Positions 9,250 through 18,849 of a DNA stretch of 64,000 nt are shown piece by piece. The stretch is from IMG/VR virus record IMGVR_UViG_3300020572_000004; one strand, 5' to 3'. The notes beneath the pieces were generated by a model. The model searched no databases. It was given only the letters and a program-made list of their open reading frames with translations, and was not told the DNA's origin. The position numbers and the translations under genes are program-made. Positions within the stretch are counted from its first letter, which is position 1. Each line of letters begins with the position of its first letter. Origin of the DNA: an uncultured virus (IMG/VR IMGVR_UViG_3300020572_000004). Taxonomy: Duplodnaviria > Heunggongvirae > Uroviricota > Caudoviricetes.

Positions 9250-9867
9250 TTAGGCATTTAAAAAATCTGTAAGAGGGCCTGCACTCTTCTTAACACTTGC
9301 AACTCTTTTGGGAGCAGTTTTCTTTTGAGGCAATGCTTCGCCATTTGAAGTACAGCGCTCAACATTGTAAAAAGCATCATTTTTTTGTCGAATCTTTTCA
9401 ACCATGGTTTCACCGCCATTTAATGCATCATCATCAAATTGTGCAAACATACCAATCCCACCTTTTTCAATCAAAAGTTGCTTGATTGTGGTTTGCTTTT
9501 TTTCCTTAGCAATACGTCGGAGGAAAGCAAAGTATGCAATTTGTGTAAAGTAACTAAAAGCATTGGGTGCGCCTGTGCGAGTAGTTTTAGTAACATCATA
9601 ATTCATAATTGCTTTAACGCAATTTTCTACTGCATCCATAACCATATCTTCACGGTAACTGTAATTCATGAAACTTGGGCTGCGTGCTAGGCCATTACAA
9701 ATTTTCATGAATGCTTCACCAATATCATTGGGAATGTTGGGTGGCTCGGTTCCCGCTTCTTTAGCGGTAGTCACGCTGTTTACATATGTCATAACCTCTT
9801 CACTAAATATTGCGTTATTAACATAGTCGGTACCACGACTTTTTCTTTTTGGTTTTTCAATCTGCAT
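9250..9867 (-). CDS. gp55: late-transcription sigma factor
   Basis: YVNN, FMNYSYREDMVMDAVENC, NAFSYFTQIAYFAFLRRIAKEKKQ. Confidence 0.95.
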   Translation of the reverse strand: MQIEKPKRKSRGTDYVNNAIFSEEVMTYVNSVTTAKEAGTEPPNIPNDIGEAFMKICNGLARSPSFMNYSYREDMVMDAVENCVKAIMNYDVTKTTRTGAPNAFSYFTQIAYFAFLRRIAKEKKQTTIKQLLIEKGGIGMFAQFDDDALNGGETMVEKIRQKNDAFYNVERCTSNGEALPQKKTAPKRVASVKKSAGPLTDFLNA

Positions 9868-9873
9868 AAGTAT

Positions 9874-9902
9874 ATTATAACAAAATTTAAAGTAATGTAA
9901 AC
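9874..9902 (-). promoter_or_regulatory. early-type promoter of gp55
   Basis: GTTTAC-17-TATAAT with extended TG, 6 nt before the ATG. Confidence 0.75.
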
Positions 9903-9932
9903 AACTTTTTTCTATGGAAATGCATTTTGTTA

Positions 9933-9961
9933 TTTACAAGACTATTCACTCTTGTTATAAT
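9933..9961 (+). promoter_or_regulatory. plus-strand (antisense) early-type promoter
   Basis: TTTACA-17-TATAAT with TGn extended -10; no credible plus-strand gene downstream. Confidence 0.6.
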
Positions 9962-9985
9962 ACTAATAGAACAACCGCTAAACAA

Positions 9986-10408
9986 TCAATTCTTCCATCG
10001 GTCTGCTGATCCATTCCAATCATGCTTAAATGAATCTGGAGGATCAAGGTCAGTTAAGGTTTGCTCATCGCCTTTGATTCCATTCTCATACGATTCTGTA
10101 AATAACGACGAGATTCGATCAATCACCAGTTGTTTATAATATGATTCCTTAAGAACGTCAGAAGCGAAGGATTCGCTTTCTACTGCATGCAAGTAAAGGC
10201 TCATTGGCTCACCTTCATTTTGTGGTACTGCATTCACCATACGAACGCCAATACCTTGCTGCACCTGTACTCGTACCATTTCAAGTGGACTATTAAGTAG
10301 AATCGTATCATCATACAGCTCCTGAAATTCCCCAATCAGTTGTCGACCGCTAACTGTGTTGTATACACGAATGTCTAGATGCTCGAGGGTGTCGATGGTA
10401 TTATTCAT
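9986..10408 (-). CDS. hypothetical protein, possible Sm-like fold
   Basis: Usual position between uvsW and gp55; N-terminal VSGRQLIGE...ILLNSPL beta pattern. Confidence 0.65.
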   Translation of the reverse strand: MNNTIDTLEHLDIRVYNTVSGRQLIGEFQELYDDTILLNSPLEMVRVQVQQGIGVRMVNAVPQNEGEPMSLYLHAVESESFASDVLKESYYKQLVIDRISSLFTESYENGIKGDEQTLTDLDPPDSFKHDWNGSADRWKN

Positions 10409-11904
10409 GGCAGTTCAATTTCATAAATCTTGTATTCAAAACCTTCTTTATTATATATCTTGACACGATCAATAGCATGATTCATGGTGTAGTTCTTTTT
10501 CTTCTTCCAGCTAAAGTTGTCTGATATATCATACACTGTGCATCCTCGGCCATCATCACTTTTTCGTAGTCCGCGGCCAATGCTTTGCAGTACACGTATC
10601 TGACTCTTTGTTGGTGCAGCAAAAACAATCTGGTGGAGATTGCGAATATTTATCCCTACACTAAAGGTCCCAATGCTGGCCACAATAATTGCATCTGTTT
10701 GCTGTTCAGTGATTTCTCGAATGGTTTCACGGTCTGTTGCATTAACTTCTCCGCTTACATAAAATACTTTGCGCTCAGGCGCTGCAGCTGCGCGAATAGC
10801 CTCATACAATGGTTTGCCATGTTTGGCAACCAGGTTAAACAACACCAGCGTATTACCTTTTTGATCCAATGCAAGACGAGTAATAAAAGCATTGCGACCA
10901 GCGTGACTTACAATAGCATTGATTTCAGCCTGATAGTCCAACTTACTGACAATCTTTTTCAACTCTTCAGTGTGATTCAATACAATACATTTGATTTTGA
11001 GAGCTGCAAGAGTATTGCTGTCAATCAATTCTTTTGTTGTAATAACACGATGCACAGGCCCAAAGTTGCCAACCAGCACCAATTCATTACACTGACTGTT
11101 GTCGATAGTTCCAGTTGTACCAATGCGGTAGCTTGCATTCACTAGCGCACTCATAATAGCATTAAGACTCTTTGCTTTAAATAGATGCGCTTCATCGCCT
11201 ACAACCATGCCATACTTTGCAAACCAACTCTTAGGCAATGTGATGGCGCTTTGCCATGTGGTAACTACTACGCGTGATTCAAAGTTATTTTTTTCTTTGC
11301 CACTGTAAATTTTATGAACATCAATGTCAGCATCAAAGCCATCATCTGCACTGCTATAATCTGCAAAGTCTTTTGTCAGCTGCTCAACCAAACTTGTTGT
11401 GGGAACCACAATCAATATACTATCATCATGATTATCAAGATACCAACGTATCATCATGTAGATAATTAAACTCTTGCCGCTGCCAGTTGGACTGATAACC
11501 AAACTGCGCCCTTCGCATAATGCGTGCGAGTAGGCGGCCAATTGATAGTCACGGGCCTCAATGCGGGATGCTCCACCCATTAGAGTTAGACTTTTTGCAT
11601 AGTCAACCAATCCTGTTTTATTTTGAGGAGTGCGATCACGTATATCACGATCAAGTTCTACGGTATATTTGCGAGCATCTGCAAACTTAAGCAATTCCAA
11701 CAGGAGTCCATACGGTAATGTGTGGCTACGCATATCCAAGAGTCTTACCCGCCCATCCCACATGCGATTTTTAAATGCCACCATATATTTGTAACCTTCA
11801 GCAAAAAAAGTAAAGTATTCTTGCGCTTCCATGAGTATACCATGGTCATCACTCCAAATTTTTAGAGTGCACTCATTTACTTTCTTTACGGTAATGTCAG
11901 CCAT
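10405..11904 (-). CDS. uvsW: UvsW helicase
   Basis: SPTGSGKS, VVPTTSLVEQ, DEAH, GTTGT, QSIGRGLR; start set to ATG 11904, which is preceded by AGGAG. Confidence 0.95.
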   Translation of the reverse strand: MADITVKKVNECTLKIWSDDHGILMEAQEYFTFFAEGYKYMVAFKNRMWDGRVRLLDMRSHTLPYGLLLELLKFADARKYTVELDRDIRDRTPQNKTGLVDYAKSLTLMGGASRIEARDYQLAAYSHALCEGRSLVISPTGSGKSLIIYMMIRWYLDNHDDSILIVVPTTSLVEQLTKDFADYSSADDGFDADIDVHKIYSGKEKNNFESRVVVTTWQSAITLPKSWFAKYGMVVGDEAHLFKAKSLNAIMSALVNASYRIGTTGTIDNSQCNELVLVGNFGPVHRVITTKELIDSNTLAALKIKCIVLNHTEELKKIVSKLDYQAEINAIVSHAGRNAFITRLALDQKGNTLVLFNLVAKHGKPLYEAIRAAAAPERKVFYVSGEVNATDRETIREITEQQTDAIIVASIGTFSVGINIRNLHQIVFAAPTKSQIRVLQSIGRGLRKSDDGRGCTVYDISDNFSWKKKKNYTMNHAIDRVKIYNKEGFEYKIYEIELP

Positions 11905-11905
11905 A

Positions 11906-12352
11906 TCAAACTCCTGCAGTGAATCTTCGAAAATCCAAAATATTTTTAATATGTGAGTGACGCCATTTGATGTTGTCAAGAATATCTTTAAGACTATCAA
12001 CAATAACCTGCTGATAGTCCAACTTCATGCGAAGTTTGCTAATGTCAGCATCAGTTTCATAAAAAAGATCCATATCACTTTTAAGCGGTTTGGCCATTCC
12101 AGCAAAAGGATCGTAATTCCATCCACGGCTGTCCATATCTTCTTTACTCATCTTGCCGTTATAGTATAACCATTTATCTTTTTTAAGAACAGCCATACCC
12201 AATTCACCTTTTTTAAATTGCAATTTACTTAAGCTGTATAGCTCAAGATATTTTGAGTGCAACTGAGCACTCTTCATACTAGTAACATCAAGATTAACTT
12301 CATCAATCTTGATGTCCTCAGCCCACATTTTTAATATATCATCTAGAGTCAT
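11906..12352 (-). CDS. uvsY: UvsY recombination mediator
   Basis: MWAEDIKID...LHSKYL...KWLYYNGK...IKNILDFRRFTAG. Confidence 0.92.
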   Translation of the reverse strand: MTLDDILKMWAEDIKIDEVNLDVTSMKSAQLHSKYLELYSLSKLQFKKGELGMAVLKKDKWLYYNGKMSKEDMDSRGWNYDPFAGMAKPLKSDMDLFYETDADISKLRMKLDYQQVIVDSLKDILDNIKWRHSHIKNILDFRRFTAGV

Positions 12353-12376
12353 TGTTCTAGATTGATTTATACGTTT

Positions 12377-12829
12377 TTAATCTAGGAAATCAAAGCTGTC
12401 ATATTTAAATGTCACATCAATATATGCATACTCTACATCTGTAGCCTGAGCGTTTAATTCTATACCACTGATGCTGCTAGCAAATACACTGTTAAAACTC
12501 ACACTGCGTGATACATTAAAATGACTTGTGACAAAGTTTAATACAAGACCATATGTTTCTAATGCTGCTCCTTCACTGTTGCGCTTTATCCAATTGTATA
12601 ATTCTTCATATACACCTAGCGCTTCATCAACAGCAATGCGTACGCTCAACTCTCCATACTCAAGGAATCCGCTGCTAACATAGCCTGCTTTGTTGGAGAA
12701 GTTGATAGCAACTTCACTAACGCTTATGCTTGGAAAAGAAGCTGATACTGCAAGACGCTCACACATAGAAAACTGGTCAGTATTAAACTGCATCTTAAAC
12801 CCAGTCAATGATAATAAATTGGTAGCCAT
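12377..12829 (-). CDS. gp3: tail tube terminator / tail completion protein
   Basis: NLLSLTGFK...LEYGELSVRIAVDE..YEELYNW...VTFKY; position between gp23 and uvsY. Confidence 0.75.
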   Translation of the reverse strand: MATNLLSLTGFKMQFNTDQFSMCERLAVSASFPSISVSEVAINFSNKAGYVSSGFLEYGELSVRIAVDEALGVYEELYNWIKRNSEGAALETYGLVLNFVTSHFNVSRSVSFNSVFASSISGIELNAQATDVEYAYIDVTFKYDSFDFLD

Positions 12830-12851
12830 ATTATAAGGTATTTATTAAAGT

Positions 12852-12885
12852 AAAAAAGGTGGGCAACCTTTCGATTGCCCACCTT
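12852..12885 (-). terminator. rho-independent terminator after major capsid gene
   Basis: aaggtgggcaa / ttgcccacctt stem with T-run on the minus strand. Confidence 0.85.
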
Positions 12886-12912
12886 ACGATTCCCTAAAGG
12901 GATTACTCCAAC

Positions 12913-14298
12913 TTATGAAGCGTATTGTTCAGTTGGGATATAAGATCCACCGCCGAGACCGGTAACTGTGAACTTACGGAAGTATGGGTTTTGACCATCA
13001 ACTCCAAGCGAGTCAGTTGCACCTGGCAAACATGCAAATGGGTTAGCAACGAGACCATAACGTGTCTTGAAACCAATCTTTGGTTGGAAGGTGTTAGGAT
13101 CAACGGCACGAACCATTGTCAATGGAACATATGGGCAATAGAAGATACCTGCATCATATGCATTGGTTCCACGATAACCAACAGTCACATAATCAGTGTC
13201 AGCGAATGGGTCGATGAACACCTTCATGCGTCCGTTAAGAACACCAGCAAATACGTTACCTGTGTCATCAACATTCAGGTTGGTTGAAAGCGCTGGGGAA
13301 TAGTCAAGAACACCAGCAGCTGCAAGAGCAGATGCAATGTTACTTGAGCAAATAACGATGTTACCTTTACCACGACGTGTTGCTTTTGCAATGTAGTTGG
13401 CTTCAATTTCAATTTGGAAAAGAAGTGATTTGAACTTCTCAACAGCCCAACGGCCGTCTGCATCTTCATTAATATCAAATGCACCGCTTGCAGTAGCCGA
13501 AACAGTTGCAGTACCAGCACCACCAGATGCACCAGCAAGGATTACGTTGCGAATACCACCAACTTGTGCCTTAAGATTAACAGTTTCAATAACTTCACGG
13601 TTGATTTCTGCAAGGATTTCAACAGAGAGGATATTTGCAAGTTCAGCTTCTGCATCAAGGCCGTGAACAGCCTTAAGGTCTTGAGCAAGTTCCATTGTGT
13701 ATTCTGCTTTAAGAGCGCGTGTCTTAGCAGTAACAGTGGTCTTGTCAACAGTGAAGCCCATTTGACCAAAACCAGAAGAACCGGTTGTGCGGCCAATGCT
13801 AACAGTAACAGCTGCAGTTGCACCAATACCAAAACCACCTGGGTCAGAGTAGTTACCATCAACACCATTGCCAGTAAGTGCTTCTCCTTGAGCCGTAGTA
13901 ACACTTCCAGAGAAGTTAGTTGCAGGCTTGTTGAAAAGAGCTTCAGCAGTGTTTGTGCCAGCAGCATTTTGATATTGCGAGCGCATTGCAAAGATCAAGC
14001 CAGTAGGCATGGTCATTGGTTGAACACCAGCAATGTCATAAGCAACGATGTTAGGCATTGAACGACGAACAAGGCTGATAAGAACTGGATCCCAGGTCTT
14101 AACTGCGCCAGTTCCGGCTCCAATGCTGTTTCCTTCGTTGAGGAATGATGATTGTGCATTTTCTTCGCGAAGTGCTTTCTCTTGGTTTTCAAGGAGAACT
14201 GCAGTGATTGCTTTACGATAGTTGTCCTTGAATGAAGGAGCGTCTTTGGCTTCCAAGATTGGAGCCCATTTCTTTTGTAGTTGTTCTGAATTAAACAT
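12913..14298 (-). CDS. gp23: major capsid protein
   Basis: KWAPIL, LLENQE, GVQPMTMPTGLIFAMR, RALKAEYTMELAQDLKAVHGLDAE, FQPKIGFKTRYG. Confidence 0.98.
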   Translation of the reverse strand: MFNSEQLQKKWAPILEAKDAPSFKDNYRKAITAVLLENQEKALREENAQSSFLNEGNSIGAGTGAVKTWDPVLISLVRRSMPNIVAYDIAGVQPMTMPTGLIFAMRSQYQNAAGTNTAEALFNKPATNFSGSVTTAQGEALTGNGVDGNYSDPGGFGIGATAAVTVSIGRTTGSSGFGQMGFTVDKTTVTAKTRALKAEYTMELAQDLKAVHGLDAEAELANILSVEILAEINREVIETVNLKAQVGGIRNVILAGASGGAGTATVSATASGAFDINEDADGRWAVEKFKSLLFQIEIEANYIAKATRRGKGNIVICSSNIASALAAAGVLDYSPALSTNLNVDDTGNVFAGVLNGRMKVFIDPFADTDYVTVGYRGTNAYDAGIFYCPYVPLTMVRAVDPNTFQPKIGFKTRYGLVANPFACLPGATDSLGVDGQNPYFRKFTVTGLGGGSYIPTEQYAS

Positions 14299-14343
14299 AA
14301 TAGTTATTTTCTAGGTTGTTGTTTGTTTTTTGGGAACCGTGTA

Positions 14344-15459
14344 TCAGCTAACAGTGTTTGCAGTTTGCGCATTGTTGAGGCGAGATATTGCGGTTAAATA
14401 TTGTTGCATACTTGGTGAAACTTCTTCACCAAAGGTTTCGTTTTCGATGATAGTTTCTGTACTGATGTATGAAGATTCTTCAATGGTTTCTTCTTCAACG
14501 TTTTGACGGCTATTGATATAAAACTCTTTGAGAGTTTCAATTTTCTTACGGAATGAATCTGTATCAACATATTCGACATCTTCGGATAATGCTTGCAATT
14601 TGGCAACTTGAGTATCAGCAAGGTCACGAGTAGTTTCGGCAAGAACATTTGCGCGAGACAGTGTTTCAACTTTCTCAGCAAGGCTCTCAGCAATACGCTC
14701 AAGCTTTGCAGCTTGCTCTTGAGTTTCGCTCAACTTGGTTTCCATTTCAGCAACCATATCTGTCTTACCTTCAGGTACGTCAATATAGTTTTCAACAAAT
14801 ACGCTCTTAAGAGAAGTGATAAAGTTTTCTGCAATCTCAGTACGCAATGTACTTTCAACTGCAACTTTATTGTCAGCTACCCAGCTTTCAACTGCATACG
14901 TTAAATAACCGTCGATCTTTTCGACCAAGTCTTCATGAATGCTTTCAACTTCTTCTGTCAAACGTGTTGCATATTCTTCCTTAAGTGTTGCTTCAGCTTC
15001 AGCAACTTTAGAGCGAACTGCAGTTTCAAAAATAAGCGTTGCTTTTTCTTTGAATTCTTCAGTTAGTCCAGCTTCGCTTTCAACCAATTGCGTAATGTCG
15101 CTTGAGTCAACTGCAAGTTGTTCTTTAACAACAGGAGTTTCTTCAAGTTCAACTTCTTCATTTTGCTTTTCAATAGCTGCTGAAATTTTCTTGCGGCGAT
15201 TCTTTAGATATTCGTCAGTCTCATCGGAATCACCGTCGTTATCAACGTCGTCATCTTCTTTACCAACTTTATCCATTGCTTCTTCCATTTCATCAGCATC
15301 TTCCATATCATCTTCATCTTCTTCTTCTTCCTTAACTTTAGCTTCAGCGATCTCAGTTGATTCCGCGTCCGCCTCTAAAGTTTCGTCAAGAGAAAGTAAT
15401 GTTTCTTCGCTGATATCTTCAATGATATCATCTTCAATTGTTTCTTGTTTTGTTTTCAT
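14344..15459 (-). CDS. gp22: prohead core scaffold protein
   Basis: Acidic coiled coil; LTEEFKEKATLIFETAV, KIDGYLTYAVESW, FVENYIDVPE. Confidence 0.92.
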   Translation of the reverse strand: MKTKQETIEDDIIEDISEETLLSLDETLEADAESTEIAEAKVKEEEEDEDDMEDADEMEEAMDKVGKEDDDVDNDGDSDETDEYLKNRRKKISAAIEKQNEEVELEETPVVKEQLAVDSSDITQLVESEAGLTEEFKEKATLIFETAVRSKVAEAEATLKEEYATRLTEEVESIHEDLVEKIDGYLTYAVESWVADNKVAVESTLRTEIAENFITSLKSVFVENYIDVPEGKTDMVAEMETKLSETQEQAAKLERIAESLAEKVETLSRANVLAETTRDLADTQVAKLQALSEDVEYVDTDSFRKKIETLKEFYINSRQNVEEETIEESSYISTETIIENETFGEEVSPSMQQYLTAISRLNNAQTANTVS

Positions 15460-15481
15460 GAGTTATATTACTTTATTTTGT

Positions 15482-16126
15482 TTAGAGTTTGGAGAGGAAA
15501 TCTTTGAAGATACGTTCCTGAGCTTCAGCCAATTTGGCAGAAGAGGTCTTCTTAATTTCTGTCTCATACATTTCAATTTGTTGCGGCTTAAGTAGTCCGT
15601 TATCCCAGATCCATTCTACGCCTTCCATAATGCCGTTCACAAAAGCGGACGGAGCACTTGGATCTTGCACAATATCAACTGTGGACAACACGAAGTCTTC
15701 ATTGACAACTGTTTGACCATTCTTGCTTGCAACGGTTCCCATACCACGGCTTGAAACACCCAACTGACATCCGCCTTCCAATAGTCCTTTCACAATTTTA
15801 CCCATTGGCGTATTCAGGATGAGTGCTTTTCCAACAACATCATTACCATTCCACTTGAGAGCGGTAATGCGATGCGAAACTTTATCGAGGTTAATCGCAG
15901 GGCCTTCTGGGTGATTCAATTCACCAACAGCTCGTCCACGATTAACATAGTCAGTTACATACTTTGCAACTGCTCCTTCTAAAACTGTTTTTGGATATAC
16001 ACGGCGATTGCGATTAAGCTGCTCAGCCTGCATGAATATCCCTTCAATAACATAGTTCTTACTGCCATCTGCAGCGGACTCAACTAGATAATTTAAATCC
16101 TCTAAATGTTCAGTAATTAACTTCAT
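15482..16126 (-). CDS. gp21: prohead protease
   Basis: IEGIFMQAE..NRNRRVYP, GELNHP, GVSSRGMG, DIVQDPSAPSAFV. Confidence 0.97.
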   Translation of the reverse strand: MKLITEHLEDLNYLVESAADGSKNYVIEGIFMQAEQLNRNRRVYPKTVLEGAVAKYVTDYVNRGRAVGELNHPEGPAINLDKVSHRITALKWNGNDVVGKALILNTPMGKIVKGLLEGGCQLGVSSRGMGTVASKNGQTVVNEDFVLSTVDIVQDPSAPSAFVNGIMEGVEWIWDNGLLKPQQIEMYETEIKKTSSAKLAEAQERIFKDFLSKL

Positions 16127-16152
16127 ATTGATAATAGTTTATTTATATAAAC

Positions 16153-16626
16153 TTATATTTTATCAAGCACATAGTTTAGTGCATCATAGACCTTTGGATT
16201 ACCTCCATCAGATACGCTAACATTCTTAAACTTTTTCATCAGCTTTGTGTATAGCATGCGAATTTCTTTTTCAAATTGCTTACCGTCGTCATCACGTGTA
16301 TCAATTTGAATAATGCGTGAAAGCGCACGTTTGTCTTCATCATCAAGTGCGCGGTAAATTTCGCCTTGTGCTTCACGGAATTTTGGGTCTTTACGTTCAA
16401 TTGCTAAACCATGCGCATAGTCAAACTTTTTTGTGTTTTTCACCATGGCCTCGGATACAATGCTTTCGGTAATTTTTGGTTGATCGTAAATGCTAGCACT
16501 CAATTCAATTCTTTTGATGTCAAGAACAGTCTTAACTTTATCAATGATTAGTGACTGCAACGACGATGCACTTGCAGCTGTATTACCAGATGCAATGCTT
16601 TTTATAAAATTTTTAATGTTACTCAT
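16153..16626 (-). CDS. probable prohead core protein (gp67/68 position)
   Basis: Lies between gp20 and gp21 with an upstream late promoter; N-terminal helical segment like gp67. Confidence 0.55.
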   Translation of the reverse strand: MSNIKNFIKSIASGNTAASASSLQSLIIDKVKTVLDIKRIELSASIYDQPKITESIVSEAMVKNTKKFDYAHGLAIERKDPKFREAQGEIYRALDDEDKRALSRIIQIDTRDDDGKQFEKEIRMLYTKLMKKFKNVSVSDGGNPKVYDALNYVLDKI

Positions 16627-16657
16627 ACGGTATTTATTTATATTTTTCTTTGTTTAA

Positions 16658-18205
16658 TTAAGCGCCAAAATCTGCAGTATCAGGGCCATCGCCTTCTCCA
16701 TCTGCAGGAGCCCCAGCTTCTGCTTCAGCTGCTTCAAGTTTAATTTGCTCATTCATCTTTTCAACCTCATCTTCACTCTGATTTAGAATATTTGAGCGTA
16801 CCCACTTTTCACTGTAGTATTTGCCAATCTGACCTTCAATGCTTCCCAACATTTCAAGGCGCTCTTTCATAATTTCAAAGTCCTTGAGTTCGCTAAAGAA
16901 GTTGTCTTCAATATAGTCAATGCTACTGTTTTGACGTATATGATTCCAATCATCCTGCGTAATAATTCCTTTAAGAATCAATTGAACGCGCAGCATGTCA
17001 ATAAACAATGTACTAAACTTGCGGCGAAGACGGTTGATAAACTTTTGGAATTTAACTTCTTCACGGTTAATCTCAGTGCTGCGACCAACATTAAACATGG
17101 TTTCGCTCTCAAGACGGCTTGATGGAACATTTAGTGACTTGTAAAGATTTTTCTTAAAGTAGATAACATCTTCAATTTGACTAAGGTTTTCACCACCTGG
17201 TAGTGTTGTAATTTCGGTACCTCGGCCACCTTCACGACGCGGGAGCCAAAAGTCTTCAAGCATACTCATGGTCTTGCGATCATCACGTATTTCACCAGTG
17301 TTGGCGTCATACATCAGCTTGTTGCGGTACTTGGCCATAATGCCTTGTACATATTCTTCGGCTTTACCTTTTGGAAGGTTACCAATATCAATATAGAAAA
17401 TACGGCGCTCAGGTGCGCGCGCAATACGATAGATGACCAATGCATCTTCCATCATGCGCAGTTGATTCACTAGTTTAACGGCTTTGTGCAGGTGACTGAT
17501 ACTAACTTTTCCGTTTTCATCCAATACTCCACTTGGTACATATACAATAGCATTAGGATCAATCTTTAATCCGTTCATGCCGGCATTGTTATTAAAATCA
17601 TCAGTATACAAAAAGTATTCATCAGTGATTTCGCTCGTCTTGATGCCGGTAGCTTTATCAATACGAGTACTAACTTCTTTAATCTTTTTGATCTTTAGCG
17701 GATCAATTTGTTGAATCTCTTTGATGCCTTCCTTAGGCTTTTTGGGATCCATAATCATGTAAAAATATATACGCCCATCAATATACCAACGGCGAAACAG
17801 GTCAAAGCCTGTATAAGTAAAATCTAATAGTTGAAGAATATTAGAGAATTCTTCATGAATTTTTTTCTTAATATTATCAGCTAGTTCAACATTATCAAGA
17901 ATCAAATTGACCGGTGCGCCGTCACTATCATTTACAATTGCTCCATTTACAATTTCCGTGATGGCTGCATCGCATTCAGGTTGAACTGCACTAGCACGAT
18001 AGCGTAAGATAAGATCCTTTTCGTTGTTTAGACTACCACCATCAATATCAAGAATCTGACCGTAATAACCAGCAGCACTGTTTGCAGCACTAACATATGC
18101 TGCACCTTCATTGTCAACCGGTAAAGCAAAGCTTTGCAAAGAATCTTTATCTTCTGGTGCATCTTTACTTAAGCGCTTGGTTATTTCAAATCCAAATATT
18201 TTCAT
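16658..18205 (-). CDS. gp20: portal vertex protein
   Basis: MKIFGF, RRWYIDGR, NQLRMMEDALVIYRIARAPERRIFYID, EDFWLPRREGGRGTEI. Confidence 0.97.
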   Translation of the reverse strand: MKIFGFEITKRLSKDAPEDKDSLQSFALPVDNEGAAYVSAANSAAGYYGQILDIDGGSLNNEKDLILRYRASAVQPECDAAITEIVNGAIVNDSDGAPVNLILDNVELADNIKKKIHEEFSNILQLLDFTYTGFDLFRRWYIDGRIYFYMIMDPKKPKEGIKEIQQIDPLKIKKIKEVSTRIDKATGIKTSEITDEYFLYTDDFNNNAGMNGLKIDPNAIVYVPSGVLDENGKVSISHLHKAVKLVNQLRMMEDALVIYRIARAPERRIFYIDIGNLPKGKAEEYVQGIMAKYRNKLMYDANTGEIRDDRKTMSMLEDFWLPRREGGRGTEITTLPGGENLSQIEDVIYFKKNLYKSLNVPSSRLESETMFNVGRSTEINREEVKFQKFINRLRRKFSTLFIDMLRVQLILKGIITQDDWNHIRQNSSIDYIEDNFFSELKDFEIMKERLEMLGSIEGQIGKYYSEKWVRSNILNQSEDEVEKMNEQIKLEAAEAEAGAPADGEGDGPDTADFGA

Positions 18206-18217
18206 ATAGTTTATATA

Positions 18218-18255
18218 TAATAAGAGCAGGAGCACATATATACATGCTCCTGCTC
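18218..18255 (-). terminator. terminator hairpin after tail tube gene
   Basis: gagcaggagca (18224-18234) / tgctcctgctc (18245-18255). Confidence 0.7.
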
Positions 18256-18273
18256 AGGTAAACACTTTATGGT

Positions 18274-18810
18274 TTAGATAATGTTATTTACAATATCAGT
18301 CCAGTAGTGATAATTCATTTCGACAGTGAACTCTTCAATGGCATCCGTTGTATCATAACTAAGCTCAATTTGACTTATGTTGATTGGATATGCGCCAATG
18401 AATGTGTATTCTTTCAATACGTTTTCACTGCGGTCGAGTTGTTGAACTTGCATTTGTGCCATGTAGCCTAATGAATTTCCGCCGCTGTAGGCCGATACAT
18501 TTTCGCTATGAGCATTGATGAGATTCATCCAATTTTCAAATGCAGTACGAATGGTCATATTGTTATCATTGATAACAGTAATGGTCCATGTTTCAAATGT
18601 ACGGTCACCTGCAATTTTTAATTTGCGACCGCGGAATGGTACTTCAACAGTACCAATTGTACTTGCAGGCAATCCCGCACCTTTAATCAAGAAGCTTGCT
18701 TTTTCTTGATCAAGACTAGATGCACCAGGCCATGCTAATACTACTCTAAACAAGTTTGGACGAGCTCCACCGCCTGTTAGTTTTGATTTAAAATCTTCGA
18801 TTCCAGCCAT
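18274..18810 (-). CDS. gp19: tail tube protein
   Basis: GGARPNLF, VPFRGRKLKIAGDRTFETWTITVIND, IEEFTV. Confidence 0.97.
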   Translation of the reverse strand: MAGIEDFKSKLTGGGARPNLFRVVLAWPGASSLDQEKASFLIKGAGLPASTIGTVEVPFRGRKLKIAGDRTFETWTITVINDNNMTIRTAFENWMNLINAHSENVSAYSGGNSLGYMAQMQVQQLDRSENVLKEYTFIGAYPINISQIELSYDTTDAIEEFTVEMNYHYWTDIVNNII

Positions 18811-18849
18811 ATTATTTTTCTATGTTAAATTGTTATAAGTTTATTTATA

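Noticed and set aside
11905..12003. N-terminal extensions given by the ORF track for uvsW (also gp20, gp17-N, gp5C, DUF5664)
   Set aside because: They overlap upstream genes, promoters or terminators; downstream ATGs fit homologous starts better.
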